A stretch of 64,000 nt of DNA from the NCBI GenBank assembly GCA_050298055.1, contig JBNKTL010000030.1, forward strand, positions 1-64,000, in the 5' to 3' direction. Below, piece after piece: positions 1-10,077 of the stretch. The position numbers were made by a program, and so were the translations under genes. Numbering within the stretch: the stretch's first letter is position 1; the number at the start of each line of letters is the position of its first letter. The stretch is from Spirochaetota bacterium (GTDB lineage: Bacteria > Spirochaetota > UBA4802 > UBA5550). The notes beneath the pieces are model-generated. The model searched no databases, was not told the DNA's origin, and saw only the letters and a list, made by a program, of their open reading frames with translations.

Positions 1-489
1 ATGTCAAATTAATAAATAATTTTGAATCCTGTTTTTACAGGGTGCATGTTTGTTTTTTCTTTACTAATCCGTTTATTTTAATACTGTTTTTGCCCTTCAC
101 ATCTCATATAATGTCCGGTTGTGCCGTTTCCGGACAAAAAAATTTATTATTTCATCCATGCTCTGACCCTTTTTATAATTTCCTGCCGCTTTGACCTTTA
201 TGCTCTGACCCCTTTACATCTGAATAAAGCCGTTCTTCATAAGAGACACCATTATCCTGTCCGTACAATCTTCAACGGACAAGGAATCCGCAGCAACCAC
301 AATCTGAAAGCCTGTTGCTGTTCATTTTTCTGTTCTTACATAATCCTCTGTTTTTTGGAAATTATTATTCCTCCAGGGATTCAATATTTCAATATATATT
401 TAAAAAATACTTGAAATTATGCAAATCTTTATTATTTTCAAATTAGCAACTGTCCAAGCAGAGAAAACATAAAAAGAAGAGGTCATTCA

Positions 490-1809
490 ATGACAAATAA
501 AAAAGCAGCATTCTTTTATATTATTATCTTTATTTTCGGTATATTATTAAGCTGTTCTTCAAATGATACTTCTTCCGTTACTATCAGGATTAACCTGGGG
601 CTTCAAAAAGAAAAGTCAGTGTCTTATGAGAAGTCCATTATAGATAAAATTTTAAATATATTTGAAACAAAGGCTTTTGCCCAGACAGCGCCTTCAAACC
701 TCACTTCACTTGTACTCAACGTAACAGGATCGGGTATGGATACGATAACCCAGCAGTTTACTGACACTTTTCCTTCGGAAATTACCCTTTCCGTTCCTGC
801 GGGAAGCGGCAGGTTATTCGAGGTCCTTGCTTACACTCCCAGCGCCACTCTCAGGGGAGCCGTAACAAGAGACCTGTCTCCCGGTGCTGTCGTGGATATT
901 CCCATTGATATGGGGCTTTATGAGACGAAGATTGTTATTCCCGATCCTCAAGGCTCCTTTGGTACTCCAAGACTTTGTCAGATAGATGATATAAGTGGCG
1001 GATGGACGACTCCTCTTACAGCAGTATCGGGAGTTACATATTTTAAGCCATATGACGTCGATTTTGATACACAGGGCAGGATTTATTTTGCAAATAACTA
1101 TGCATCTACCGGAGGTGATTATATAGTAAGAATTGACGATATTAATGGAGGAAATCCATTATTATTAGGTGCAAACGGTTCAGGGTACAATGCAATAGCC
1201 ATAGATAGAAGAAATAATATAATATATTCCGCAAGAAGCGGTGTCAATACATTGTGGCAATGTGATATTGGAAATACAACTTTTAATCAAATTATTTTAA
1301 CAGGTAAAACTTTTACAGCGATTCGGGGACTTGCTGTGGATGACGATGGCAATCTTTATATAGCTGCCACAACAAGTGGTCCTGTCTATGAAGTTATAAA
1401 ATGGACTCCCCCCAATCTAACTAATTTTATTTCCTACTCTACTAATCTTGCCGAACCTTGGGATGTTCTGGTAACAGAAAATTCTTTGTACATTACAAAT
1501 CGTGACGGTGCCGATGGATACAAGATAATAAGACTTGATTTAAGTCTTAATTTATTAGGAAATACTGGAAATCAATCAACTTCACAAGATTCAGTACCGA
1601 ATAATTTTTATGGACCAAAACGTTTTCTGGCAATACTTAATCGAGGACTTTTTATAATTGATGAAGCTAGTCAGAATGAAGGAGATCCATTTTCAGGACT
1701 TCCAGGAGATAGGTTGGTATATTTTGATGACATTTCACTAAATGGATGGCAGACATTTGGTTCTACGGGAACAGGTGATAATCAATTTAATTTTTTCTGG
1801 GAATGCTAA
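490..1809 (+). CDS. Surface lipoprotein with C-terminal NHL/beta-propeller-like repeats
   Basis: Lipobox LLSC after a hydrophobic stretch; repeated PYDVDFDTQGRIYFAN / IRGLAVDDDGNLYIA / PWDVLVTENSLYIT blades; purine-rich AAGAAGAGG upstream. Confidence 0.7.
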   Translation: MTNKKAAFFYIIIFIFGILLSCSSNDTSSVTIRINLGLQKEKSVSYEKSIIDKILNIFETKAFAQTAPSNLTSLVLNVTGSGMDTITQQFTDTFPSEITLSVPAGSGRLFEVLAYTPSATLRGAVTRDLSPGAVVDIPIDMGLYETKIVIPDPQGSFGTPRLCQIDDISGGWTTPLTAVSGVTYFKPYDVDFDTQGRIYFANNYASTGGDYIVRIDDINGGNPLLLGANGSGYNAIAIDRRNNIIYSARSGVNTLWQCDIGNTTFNQIILTGKTFTAIRGLAVDDDGNLYIAATTSGPVYEVIKWTPPNLTNFISYSTNLAEPWDVLVTENSLYITNRDGADGYKIIRLDLSLNLLGNTGNQSTSQDSVPNNFYGPKRFLAILNRGLFIIDEASQNEGDPFSGLPGDRLVYFDDISLNGWQTFGSTGTGDNQFNFFWEC

Positions 1810-2693
1810 AGATCAAAGTTGCATACTATACATCTGGAATAACTGGATCCGGACGTATTGTACGAGGAATAGCAATTGGAAATACCTTTAAACGTAAGAA
1901 AATCGAAGTTGATTATTACATTCTCCATGCATCGGATTTTGGGTTTTTATTGGATAAATTCCAGTCTCAGTCAGTAAAAATTGGACCTGAAAATATTGAT
2001 CGTTTTAGTAAGGAAAACTATCCTTCTTCTCTTAGTTACCAGGCATTAATTTCCCTTAAGCCTGATATACTGATTGTTGATCTCCTCTGGTTTCCCCTCT
2101 TCCATTTTATTGAAGAGCTCCCCTGCAAAAAAATATTCCTTTGCAGACAGGTCAGCGATAGTTTTTTCACTATCCCCCTGGAAAATGAACCGAAAATATT
2201 TAACAAAGATCACTATGATGCAATTATTGCAATAGAACCTTTCTCCAGCAAATTATCTTTTACACATCATATAAATCCAATAGTTATCCGTAATAGAGAT
2301 GAAATTTTATCCAGAGAACAGGCTCTTGATATCTTAAACACCAATGGGGTAAAGAAAAACTGCTTGATCTATATAAATGGCAATCCGGGTGATCTTGACA
2401 AAGTATTAAACAATCATTCTTATTTTGAAAATGAAGGGTATAATATTATTCCATCAACTAATTATGACAGAGGTTTATTTCCCGTTGTTGATTATTTTAA
2501 TGCATGTGATTTAATTGTTTGTGGAGCCGGATATAATTCATATTGGGAATCCAGATTTTTCGGGAATGAAACGATCGTTATACCTACTTATGCTCAATTT
2601 GAAAGCGGGGAACGGCGAATAAATGAATGTGCGGATTATTATTTTAGAGAAAACGGCGCTGACCAACTGGTTGATATAATAATGAATTTATAA
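1803..2693 (+). CDS. GT-B fold glycosyltransferase-like protein (GT28 C-terminal-like)
   Basis: N-terminal GITGSGRIVR, LKPDILIVD and C-terminal CDLIVCGAGYNSYWE motifs typical of the GT-B fold; overlaps upstream gene by 7 nt. Confidence 0.55.
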   Translation: MLKIKVAYYTSGITGSGRIVRGIAIGNTFKRKKIEVDYYILHASDFGFLLDKFQSQSVKIGPENIDRFSKENYPSSLSYQALISLKPDILIVDLLWFPLFHFIEELPCKKIFLCRQVSDSFFTIPLENEPKIFNKDHYDAIIAIEPFSSKLSFTHHINPIVIRNRDEILSREQALDILNTNGVKKNCLIYINGNPGDLDKVLNNHSYFENEGYNIIPSTNYDRGLFPVVDYFNACDLIVCGAGYNSYWESRFFGNETIVIPTYAQFESGERRINECADYYFRENGADQLVDIIMNL

Positions 2694-2719
2694 ATTAATT
2701 TCAATTTAGTATTATATAA

Positions 2720-4969
2720 CTATGGAGATGTTTGTATTTCTCCATTACTCCCAACAATAACAAATTTTCCATTACCTCCGGTTATACCCAAAAAAACGCC
2801 TGAAAACCCATTTGCAGGTGTTTGATGTGTCCAGTTTATCACGTCTGTGGATGTTTGAATTTCTCCATTATGACCAATGGATACAAAAAGACCATTATAA
2901 AAATGGACCCCAAAGAAAGGACCTGAAAACACATTTGCCTGGGTTCTTTTTGTCCATACAATACCATCCTGTGAAGTCTGGATTTCTCCAGATGAACCTA
3001 CAATAACAAATTGCCTATTTGCAAATTCTGCACATGCGAAATCACCATAATAGTTTCCTGCTGAAGCTCTTTTTGTCCATGTTATACAATCAGGTGATGT
3101 CTGTATTTCTCCACTCTCACCAACAACAAGATAAAGACCGTTTCCGTAAGTAACACCATCAAATATACCGGAATATCCTCCCGCTGATGTTTGATGTGTC
3201 CAGTTAATTCCATCTGAAGATGTTTGAATTTCACCACCAAGACCTACAATTATAAATTGACCGTTTTCATATGCGGCTTTGGTAAACAAATTATTGTACC
3301 CATTTGCAGCTGTTCTCTGTGTCCAGGTTATTCCATTTGAGGACGTTTGTATTTCTCCATTAAGACCAACAGCCACATAAATACCATTTCCATAAGTTAT
3401 TCCCCAAAAAACATCTGAAAACCCATTTGCAGGTGTTTGATGTGTCCAGGTGATCCCGTCTGCGGATGTTTGAATTTCTCCAGAATTACCAACAATTACG
3501 AAAAGGCCATTCCCATAAGTAATTCTACACAAAGGACTACTAAAACTATTGGCAGGTGCCTGATGCGTCCAATACCTGGCCACTGCCTGCCCCTTCAAAC
3601 TATAAACAGAAACATTTCCCCCTTCATCGCTCACAAGCACATTATAATAATATGTGGAAAGTTCATACGGCGATTTATCAAAATCAATTGTAGTAATATC
3701 AGAAGTCCAGTCAGTAATTTCAAATACCTCATTAAGTACAAGACCGGCTTCAATGTTTGAAACCTTGTCAATATTGTTATTTTCAGAATACACGACTTTG
3801 TATTTCAAATTTCCCTGGGCACTTTTTTCATCTGTAGCTCTCTCCCAGCTCAGAGTAAGGCTGTTATCCGTGACATTGGATATGAGAATATTTCCCGAAT
3901 TTCCCGGAACCGGAGGAATATTGTCATCCATATCAATACTGTAGCATGAATAAACTGAAATGACCCTGTCGCTATCCCTCACAAGCACTACAAAATAATA
4001 TCTTTTTGAAGATTGAAGCCCTGTAATTGCATAACTGTTTATATTTTGAGTCCAATCCTGGAGTGAAATCCCATTTGTTACCGCTTCTACTGCAGAATTA
4101 ATGTTATAATACATGGAATAATAGATACTATACTCCAGATCCCCCTGGGATGTTTCAATATCGGAAGACGGGACCCAGTTCAAAGTAAAACCGTCACCTG
4201 TTTTGTCCGTTGCCCCGAGTAAAGGGTTCCCGTTACCGGGATTCGGCGTAGTACCGGAAGAAGTCATTGGAATCGTTATATATGAATACTGGTCCATTTT
4301 GTCAACAACCAGAATGTGCACATCCTGTTCCGCGGTTGTTGAAGCAAGGCGGGGTATTCCGGGAATGTACCTGTCACCCGAATAAAGGGGCCCGCAAATA
4401 TCGATTGCTGTGTTTTTATCTTTTTTAAGAGCAAAGAGCGGCCGCACGGGATCCAACACGGGAGCATCATCCACAAGCACCTGGTAGTACCCGCTGCTGT
4501 TTGAACTTAATGTGATTGTGGCGTAGCCGTCGGCCCCGATTGCTGAGAGAGGACTGTCACAGGTAATAACTGGCCCCAGCCTGCTGGTCCCCAGGTCCAG
4601 GCTCTGTGACGCGGAAGCGTTTTTCTGGTCGGTGACCGTTACGCTTACGTTTACGTTTTGTCCCCCGGTAATCTCCCCGGTTATAAAGATAACGCTGGAA
4701 CCGGTCCCGGTGCGGGTCTAGCCGGAGAAGCTCCCCGAATCCGAGGAGTAGGTATATGTCAGGGTGTCCGCCCCGTTGGGATCGCTTGCCTCACAGGTAA
4801 TCAGGACCACGTCCCCCGGTTCGGGAGACCCGGAGAAGTCACTGGTGAAGGAAACGATAACAGGGGCACGGTTGGGTTCATGGTCCATATAGGAGTCCCA
4901 TGCCCCTTCTTTGCAGCCGGACAGGGTCATTATGAGAAGAAACATGAACACGGAAAATTTTTTCACCAT
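2720..4969 (-). pseudogene. Lipoprotein with Ig/FN3-like domains and a 7-blade repeat propeller, interrupted by one in-frame TAG at 4718-4720
   Basis: ORFs 4718..4969 and 2720..4480 share a frame, and the sequence between them translates with no further stop (TRTGTGSSVIFITGEITGGQNVNVSVTVTDQKNASASQSLDLG...YYQVLVDD); lipobox LSGC; seven 41-aa GEIQTS repeats. Confidence 0.75.
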
Positions 4970-5127
4970 CTTTTGCCTCCCCTGCTTATCAAAAAAACCG
5001 GTTTATAATGGTGTAGATGAATTCAATTTCTGGCAACAGATTATTACGGATTTTCGGTTTTTTCTGTAATTGACGATTTAAATAATCCGTTCAAAACCGC
5101 TGCTAAAAACTCTTTTAACCCAATCAT

Positions 5128-5325
5128 TTAAAACATCTCAAGAAACTCAAAAAGGTTCCCCGCCATAATATTATCTCTCACGGGATACGATTCCTTCACC
5201 GGGGTGATTGTCCAGGCACTGCTGATGTTCAGGTCTTTCAGCGACTGGATGAAACCCTTTGAAACTTCCGGCGCACTTGAAATCTTGCATATTCTAAATG
5301 CAGCTTCCAATTTGCAAGGTTTCAA
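5128..5325 (-). pseudogene. Probable C-terminal remnant of an AAA+ ATPase/DUF4143-type protein
   Basis: CKISSAPEVSKGFIQSLKDL...AWTITPVKESYPV resembles the C-terminal nuclease-like tail of AAA_14/DUF4143 proteins; no ATPase portion upstream. Confidence 0.4.
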
Positions 5326-5368
5326 GGATTATTGAAATTATTTTTAAAAAATGATGCGACTTAAAGAG

Positions 5369-7573
5369 TTATTTTCCATTCACCATATACTCAACATCGT
5401 AAGCCCCGGCGTTTCTCCCGTCATCGGCAAGATTTTTAGCCGGGGAGTCCGCAGAATAACCTGTCTCCTTTACCCGGATATTCAGGTCGACATCATCGGG
5501 GATTCCCGTGTTTTCGTTCACATAGCGGGGATCTTCCGTAACAACTCCGGTACCATAAGTAACGTTGATCAACAAATCGGTAATAGCTGAACATGATAAT
5601 GTAATACTGCTGTCCGCGTTAATTCCATAAAGGCTGTTGTTATGAAAGATGGAGTTCCTGACGATCTCGGTTATACCGCTATTGCCCGCAAATCGTATTC
5701 CCCCGTAGTTGTTGAAAAAATCGGTGTGATTGACGCTTATATCTCCCTCCGAAACCGCCGCTCCATCAATAGTCAACGCGTAACCGCTGCTGTTGAGATA
5801 GAAGTGCGAATCACTTACCCGGATATTATTTGTCTGCGCCGATACTCCCCTGTCATTATTGTATATTTTTGAATGCGAGATATTCACTTCGCTGTCCGAA
5901 TAGACCGCATAACAGTCAACACCCGGGGCGGCGTCTTCCCGGCAGTCTTTTATATTTGAGTATTTTATATCAAGCAGTGCCGAATTGACTTCAATAAGAT
6001 TTTCTATCCCGCCCCGGATGGCCGGTGAAATTTCCAGGCCGTTGATTTCCGCATCTGTTGAGACCCGGATACCGGTCCATGAATAGGGATACCATATTCT
6101 ATAATAGTATCCGGTATAAAAGAATATCAAATTCCCGTTGGGGAGGGACTGCAGAGCATGTGATGTAATACCGGGGTCTGCATATGTTGCGGCATTCCTC
6201 ATGATGATCCCATCTTCATCATAGATCTTAAATTTACCTGAACCTGTTGCATCGATATAAGCCACCGCCCACCATCTTCCGTTGCTGAGGACCGTGGGAA
6301 CGGGATTTGTTATTCCGGTCCCACCAATTATTATGGACGGAAGAATTTCCGTGCCGGAGGAATCCCTGATTGTAAAGAAAGATGTATTACCATTATCAGT
6401 GGCCTTGTAAGTGGTGACCCAAACGTCGTTGTCCAGCACGGCAATCCCCCCCCACCCCGACATCCTCGAAGCCGGATCAAGGACACCGGTTATTGGCAAA
6501 GGATTCCCATAAGGATTACCTTCCTGGTCAAATATCGCGAATTTAGTCGTAAATTCCGCCGGGTCGGGATCGATCGCAGGCTTGGTATTACTCCAGACAA
6601 CAACGAAATTGCCGTTATGGAAAGGGGCGATAAGATTTACTCCCACATACTCGGAACTATTATCAACTAATGTCCCTTCGCTTCCCACAGTTTCTCCATC
6701 CCTGTCAAATATCTGGAAAAGCAAGTCTTCTCCTGTATCTGAAAAATACGTTACAACCCAGTTCCCGTTTTCAAGACTCGTGCAATTCGCCCATGAACCT
6801 CCCGGGCTTTTAATAAGCGTTTCCGTCTTTACAATAGTCCCGCTGCTATTTCTGATCTGAAAATAAATAACTCCGGTATCGGACCGGTTATAGACAATGA
6901 CCCAGTTGCCGTTATCAAGGGCCGTAACAGAGGGGGTCGAAACACCGCCGCTGCCGATATCACCAATACTATAATTTGGAACCACCACTGTCCCGTTCTC
7001 ATCTATTATTGAATAAAAGACCCCTGAAGTTGAACCGTTGGCAACCACAATGCTGCCGTTGGCAATCACTGCCGATCGCTCCATATATTCATTGGTACCG
7101 GTCCCCGACCCCGTTTCACTGACCAGCTCAGTGGCCGCACTTATATTACAGAGGTCCGGACCGGGACTGAGTTGTAATAAGGGCTTCTCTCCCAGTGCCG
7201 CGTAGAGTCCCCTGAAGTCCCCGGTAAACTCAAACCCTTTCTCCGCATATGTTCCGCTGTCAAGGATAACGATCTTCCGGTGCGCGGCATCGCAGAGGGT
7301 GATGGCATGGTTTATGGATGCTACGGGGTTTGCTTCTGTTCCGGTACCGGTTGAATCGCTGCCGGTTTTTGCCACAAAAACGGAGTTCTCGCTGACCGGT
7401 GTAAAGTCCAGGCTGCGAAGGGTTGTTGAATTCGTGGCACCAACGATATTTTTCCGTATAACACTGTCGCCACTACCTCCATACTCAGCTATCATATTGG
7501 AACAGCCGATAAAAACAGACAGTATAAACATTAAAAGTGCGGTTATACACCTTAAATGCCTGTTCTTCCCCAT
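5369..7573 (-). CDS. Large lipoprotein: parallel beta-helix (pectin-lyase-like) with inserted repeat domain
   Basis: Lipobox FIGC; VFVAKTGSDSTGTGTEANPVASINHAI beta-helix cap; repeated xLxNGNWVIVY units; Asn-ladder C-terminus ending AGAYD. Confidence 0.65.
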   Translation of the reverse strand: MGKNRHLRCITALLMFILSVFIGCSNMIAEYGGSGDSVIRKNIVGATNSTTLRSLDFTPVSENSVFVAKTGSDSTGTGTEANPVASINHAITLCDAAHRKIVILDSGTYAEKGFEFTGDFRGLYAALGEKPLLQLSPGPDLCNISAATELVSETGSGTGTNEYMERSAVIANGSIVVANGSTSGVFYSIIDENGTVVVPNYSIGDIGSGGVSTPSVTALDNGNWVIVYNRSDTGVIYFQIRNSSGTIVKTETLIKSPGGSWANCTSLENGNWVVTYFSDTGEDLLFQIFDRDGETVGSEGTLVDNSSEYVGVNLIAPFHNGNFVVVWSNTKPAIDPDPAEFTTKFAIFDQEGNPYGNPLPITGVLDPASRMSGWGGIAVLDNDVWVTTYKATDNGNTSFFTIRDSSGTEILPSIIIGGTGITNPVPTVLSNGRWWAVAYIDATGSGKFKIYDEDGIIMRNAATYADPGITSHALQSLPNGNLIFFYTGYYYRIWYPYSWTGIRVSTDAEINGLEISPAIRGGIENLIEVNSALLDIKYSNIKDCREDAAPGVDCYAVYSDSEVNISHSKIYNNDRGVSAQTNNIRVSDSHFYLNSSGYALTIDGAAVSEGDISVNHTDFFNNYGGIRFAGNSGITEIVRNSIFHNNSLYGINADSSITLSCSAITDLLINVTYGTGVVTEDPRYVNENTGIPDDVDLNIRVKETGYSADSPAKNLADDGRNAGAYDVEYMVNGK

Positions 7574-7658
7574 TACTTTACTCCAGATGTCACACGTTTT
7601 GCAGGATGTTAAAAATCTGATAAACTACTTAACGCTGTAGCAAATACACTTCTTTGCC

Positions 7659-7736
7659 AAAATATCAACAATATGTCCCCGCCGCCGAAGGCGGCGGGGA
7701 CATAATCAGTTATCTTTTTTCATGAATATGATTATT
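7659..7736. repeat. REP-like palindromic element, copy 1
   Basis: TATGTCCCCGCCGCC-GAA-GGCGGCGGGGACATA hairpin at 7672-7704; flanks shared with the copy at 61477. Confidence 0.85.
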
Positions 7737-7846
7737 CGTATACACTGATAAAAATCTAATAATATAATGACTATTTATCAAGTAAAAAAAGAGAAATATC
7801 TTGACATTTTTAATTTTTTTAAACAGTTCTTATTCTGGTGTGCATA

Positions 7847-7902
7847 GTTTACTCTGAGCAGTTTACTCTGAGCAGTTTACTCTGAGCAGGTTACTCTGAG
7901 CA
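7847..7902 (+). repeat. Four tandem 14-bp repeats GKTTACTCTGAGCA
   Basis: Units at 7847, 7861, 7875 and 7889, lying between a TTGACA (7801) and the ATG at 7938. Confidence 0.95.
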
Positions 7903-7937
7903 GGTTTTTTAAAGGATATATTAACATATTTAAAATT

Positions 7938-8933
7938 ATGGTTAAAAAATTAATCGCTGCATTCTTTATCCCACTCTTTGTTGTAACGTTTCTCTATGCC
8001 GGGAACGGGAAAAAGAGCATTAAGCCGTTAAAAATAGTCTTTTTTGACATCAGGGACAATTATACCCAGGGCAGTTCATCCAACAAACTGCGTACAGGTC
8101 TCTCCATGGTTCTTAATACTATCCTTCTGGGAAATAAGTATGTGAAATCTGTTCTTCAGAAGAAGGGCAGAAAGAGCAGTTGTTTCAACAGCAGCTGTGC
8201 GGGAGAACGGGGAAAAATTTTAAAGGCCGATAAAGTCGTAACCGGTGAAATAAAATCATTGAATAAATCATCCTACCTCCTTCTCCTTACAATTACCGAT
8301 GTAAAAACGGGCAATGTTGATCTAACCATTAAGGAAAAATCCTCCATACCCGGGATTGAGAAGGCAGTGGATAGAGCCCTTGAGAAGATAAAAAACTTTT
8401 TTAAAAATGTAAAGAGAGGAGGTGACAAACCGCCCCCCCCGAACAGGACACCAATTCCTTCCCGTAAAATATCAATAAACATCCTGGGTTCCCGGATATT
8501 CACCTATGGCGCATTCAGGAGCATGTCAACATCCGGTTACGGTTTAAAAATAAAGCCGGAAATAAAAGATATTTTTTTCAGCAAATCGGTCTTTCAGTTT
8601 TCAGCTTCCTGGTATTCATTCAGGAACGAAAATGATAACTTCAACAGCTTCAGCTCAACGGAACTGGGACTACTGGCCGGATATTCACTGGGTATTAAAA
8701 GACAGTGGGACATCACTCCGCTCCTGGGTGCCGGCTACAATATCCATATTGTTAACGAAAATGGGGACAGGAAGATTTACTCTGATCCTCAGATTACCGC
8801 AGGTCTGGACATCAGCTACATTTTTTTTAACGACCTGAAATTTGTCTTTTCACCGTCATACACCTTTTTTCTTGAGAAGGATAATACCGGCAGATACCTG
8901 GGGATAAACGCCGGCCTGGGCTTAAACTTTTAA
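7938..8933 (+). CDS. Secreted/outer-membrane protein: N-terminal TolB/CsgG-like domain plus C-terminal beta-barrel
   Basis: Signal peptide; CFNSSCAGERGKILKADKVVTG motif; Pro-rich linker; amphipathic strands ending in terminal Phe (AGLGLNF). Confidence 0.55.
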   Translation: MVKKLIAAFFIPLFVVTFLYAGNGKKSIKPLKIVFFDIRDNYTQGSSSNKLRTGLSMVLNTILLGNKYVKSVLQKKGRKSSCFNSSCAGERGKILKADKVVTGEIKSLNKSSYLLLLTITDVKTGNVDLTIKEKSSIPGIEKAVDRALEKIKNFFKNVKRGGDKPPPPNRTPIPSRKISINILGSRIFTYGAFRSMSTSGYGLKIKPEIKDIFFSKSVFQFSASWYSFRNENDNFNSFSSTELGLLAGYSLGIKRQWDITPLLGAGYNIHIVNENGDRKIYSDPQITAGLDISYIFFNDLKFVFSPSYTFFLEKDNTGRYLGINAGLGLNF

Positions 8934-8937
8934 TTCA

Positions 8938-10074
8938 TCACAGAGCCTTCTCCGCTTCCCGGGCAATAACCATCCTCTGGATCTCTGAAGTCCCCTCGTA
9001 AATAGTCGTGACCCTGGCATCACGATAGATTCTCTCTATCTTGTAGTCGCGGATGTAACCGTATCCTCCGAATACCTGGAGTGCTTTGTACGCGCACCTG
9101 TTTGCCGCTTCGGAAGCATAGAGCTTGGCCATGGACGCCTCCTTTGTGAAGGGCTTGCCGTCATCCTTCAGGGAAGAAGCGCTCCAGGTGAGAAGCGCCG
9201 CAGCCTCGTAATCCACGGAGATATCGGCGATCATATTCTGTATGGACTGGTGCCTGATTATGGCCTTACCGAACTGTTTTCTCTCTCCCGCGTAGCGTAC
9301 CGCTTCACTGAGGCACGCGCTGATCAGTCCCGTTGCCTGGGACGCGATCCCGATCCGACCGCTGTCAAGGGCGTTGAGGGCGACCTTCAGGCCCAGGCCT
9401 TCACCCCCCAGAACCAGTTCCCCGGGGACCTCGCAGTCATCCATAATGATCTGCACCGTACTTGACGCATTAAGCCCCATCTTCTTCTCTTCTTTCCCTC
9501 TGACAAGACCCTTTGTTCCTCCGGGGACCAGGAAAGCCGTAAGTCCTCCCCTTCCGGGCGAGGTCCTCGCGATAAGAATAAAAATATCCGCATATTTCCC
9601 GTTGGTAATGAACTGTTTCCTGCCGTTTATAATATACCTGTTTCCTTTCTTCACCGCAGTGGTTTTGAGCCCCGAAGGGTCAGAGCCCGCGTCCAGCTCC
9701 GTAAGGGCAAAAGCGCCGAGAGACTCCCCGGATGCCAGGGGGATGAGAAACTCCCTCTTCTGCTCCTCTGTTCCGAAATTCATCAGGGGCTCTGTTGTGA
9801 GATTGGTCACGCTCAGAGTCACCGCCACAGAGGCGCATGCAAAGGCGATCTCCTGCAGCGCCAGGCTGTAGCTCACGGCGCCTGCTTCCGATCCGCCGTA
9901 GCGCTCGGGGACCATCATTCCGAAGAGCCCGAGACCTGCCAGTTCATTAATGATCTTTTCAGGATACTCCCCGTTCTCATTATACTCCCGGGCAAAGGGT
10001 TCGATATGGCTCCTGGCATACTGCCTGATCATCTCCCTTATCATCCGCTGTTCTTCGGTAAAGTGGAGATCCAT
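8938..10074 (-). CDS. Acyl-CoA dehydrogenase (butyryl-CoA dehydrogenase-like)
   Basis: FALTELDAGSD, INGRKQFITNG, GGYGYIRDYKIERIYRDARVTTIYEGTSEIQR. Confidence 0.95.
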   Translation of the reverse strand: MDLHFTEEQRMIREMIRQYARSHIEPFAREYNENGEYPEKIINELAGLGLFGMMVPERYGGSEAGAVSYSLALQEIAFACASVAVTLSVTNLTTEPLMNFGTEEQKREFLIPLASGESLGAFALTELDAGSDPSGLKTTAVKKGNRYIINGRKQFITNGKYADIFILIARTSPGRGGLTAFLVPGGTKGLVRGKEEKKMGLNASSTVQIIMDDCEVPGELVLGGEGLGLKVALNALDSGRIGIASQATGLISACLSEAVRYAGERKQFGKAIIRHQSIQNMIADISVDYEAAALLTWSASSLKDDGKPFTKEASMAKLYASEAANRCAYKALQVFGGYGYIRDYKIERIYRDARVTTIYEGTSEIQRMVIAREAEKAL

Positions 10075-10077
10075 CTA

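Noticed and set aside
121..414. 97-aa ORF
   Set aside because: GTG start without RBS, no motif, and it overlaps repeat-rich intergenic DNA
2720..3575. Diversity-generating retroelement target
   Set aside because: The repeats are in-frame protein repeats; there is no reverse transcriptase and no adenine-specific TR/VR pair
7847..7902. CRISPR array
   Set aside because: The repeats are contiguous 14-mers without spacers, and no cas genes are in the window
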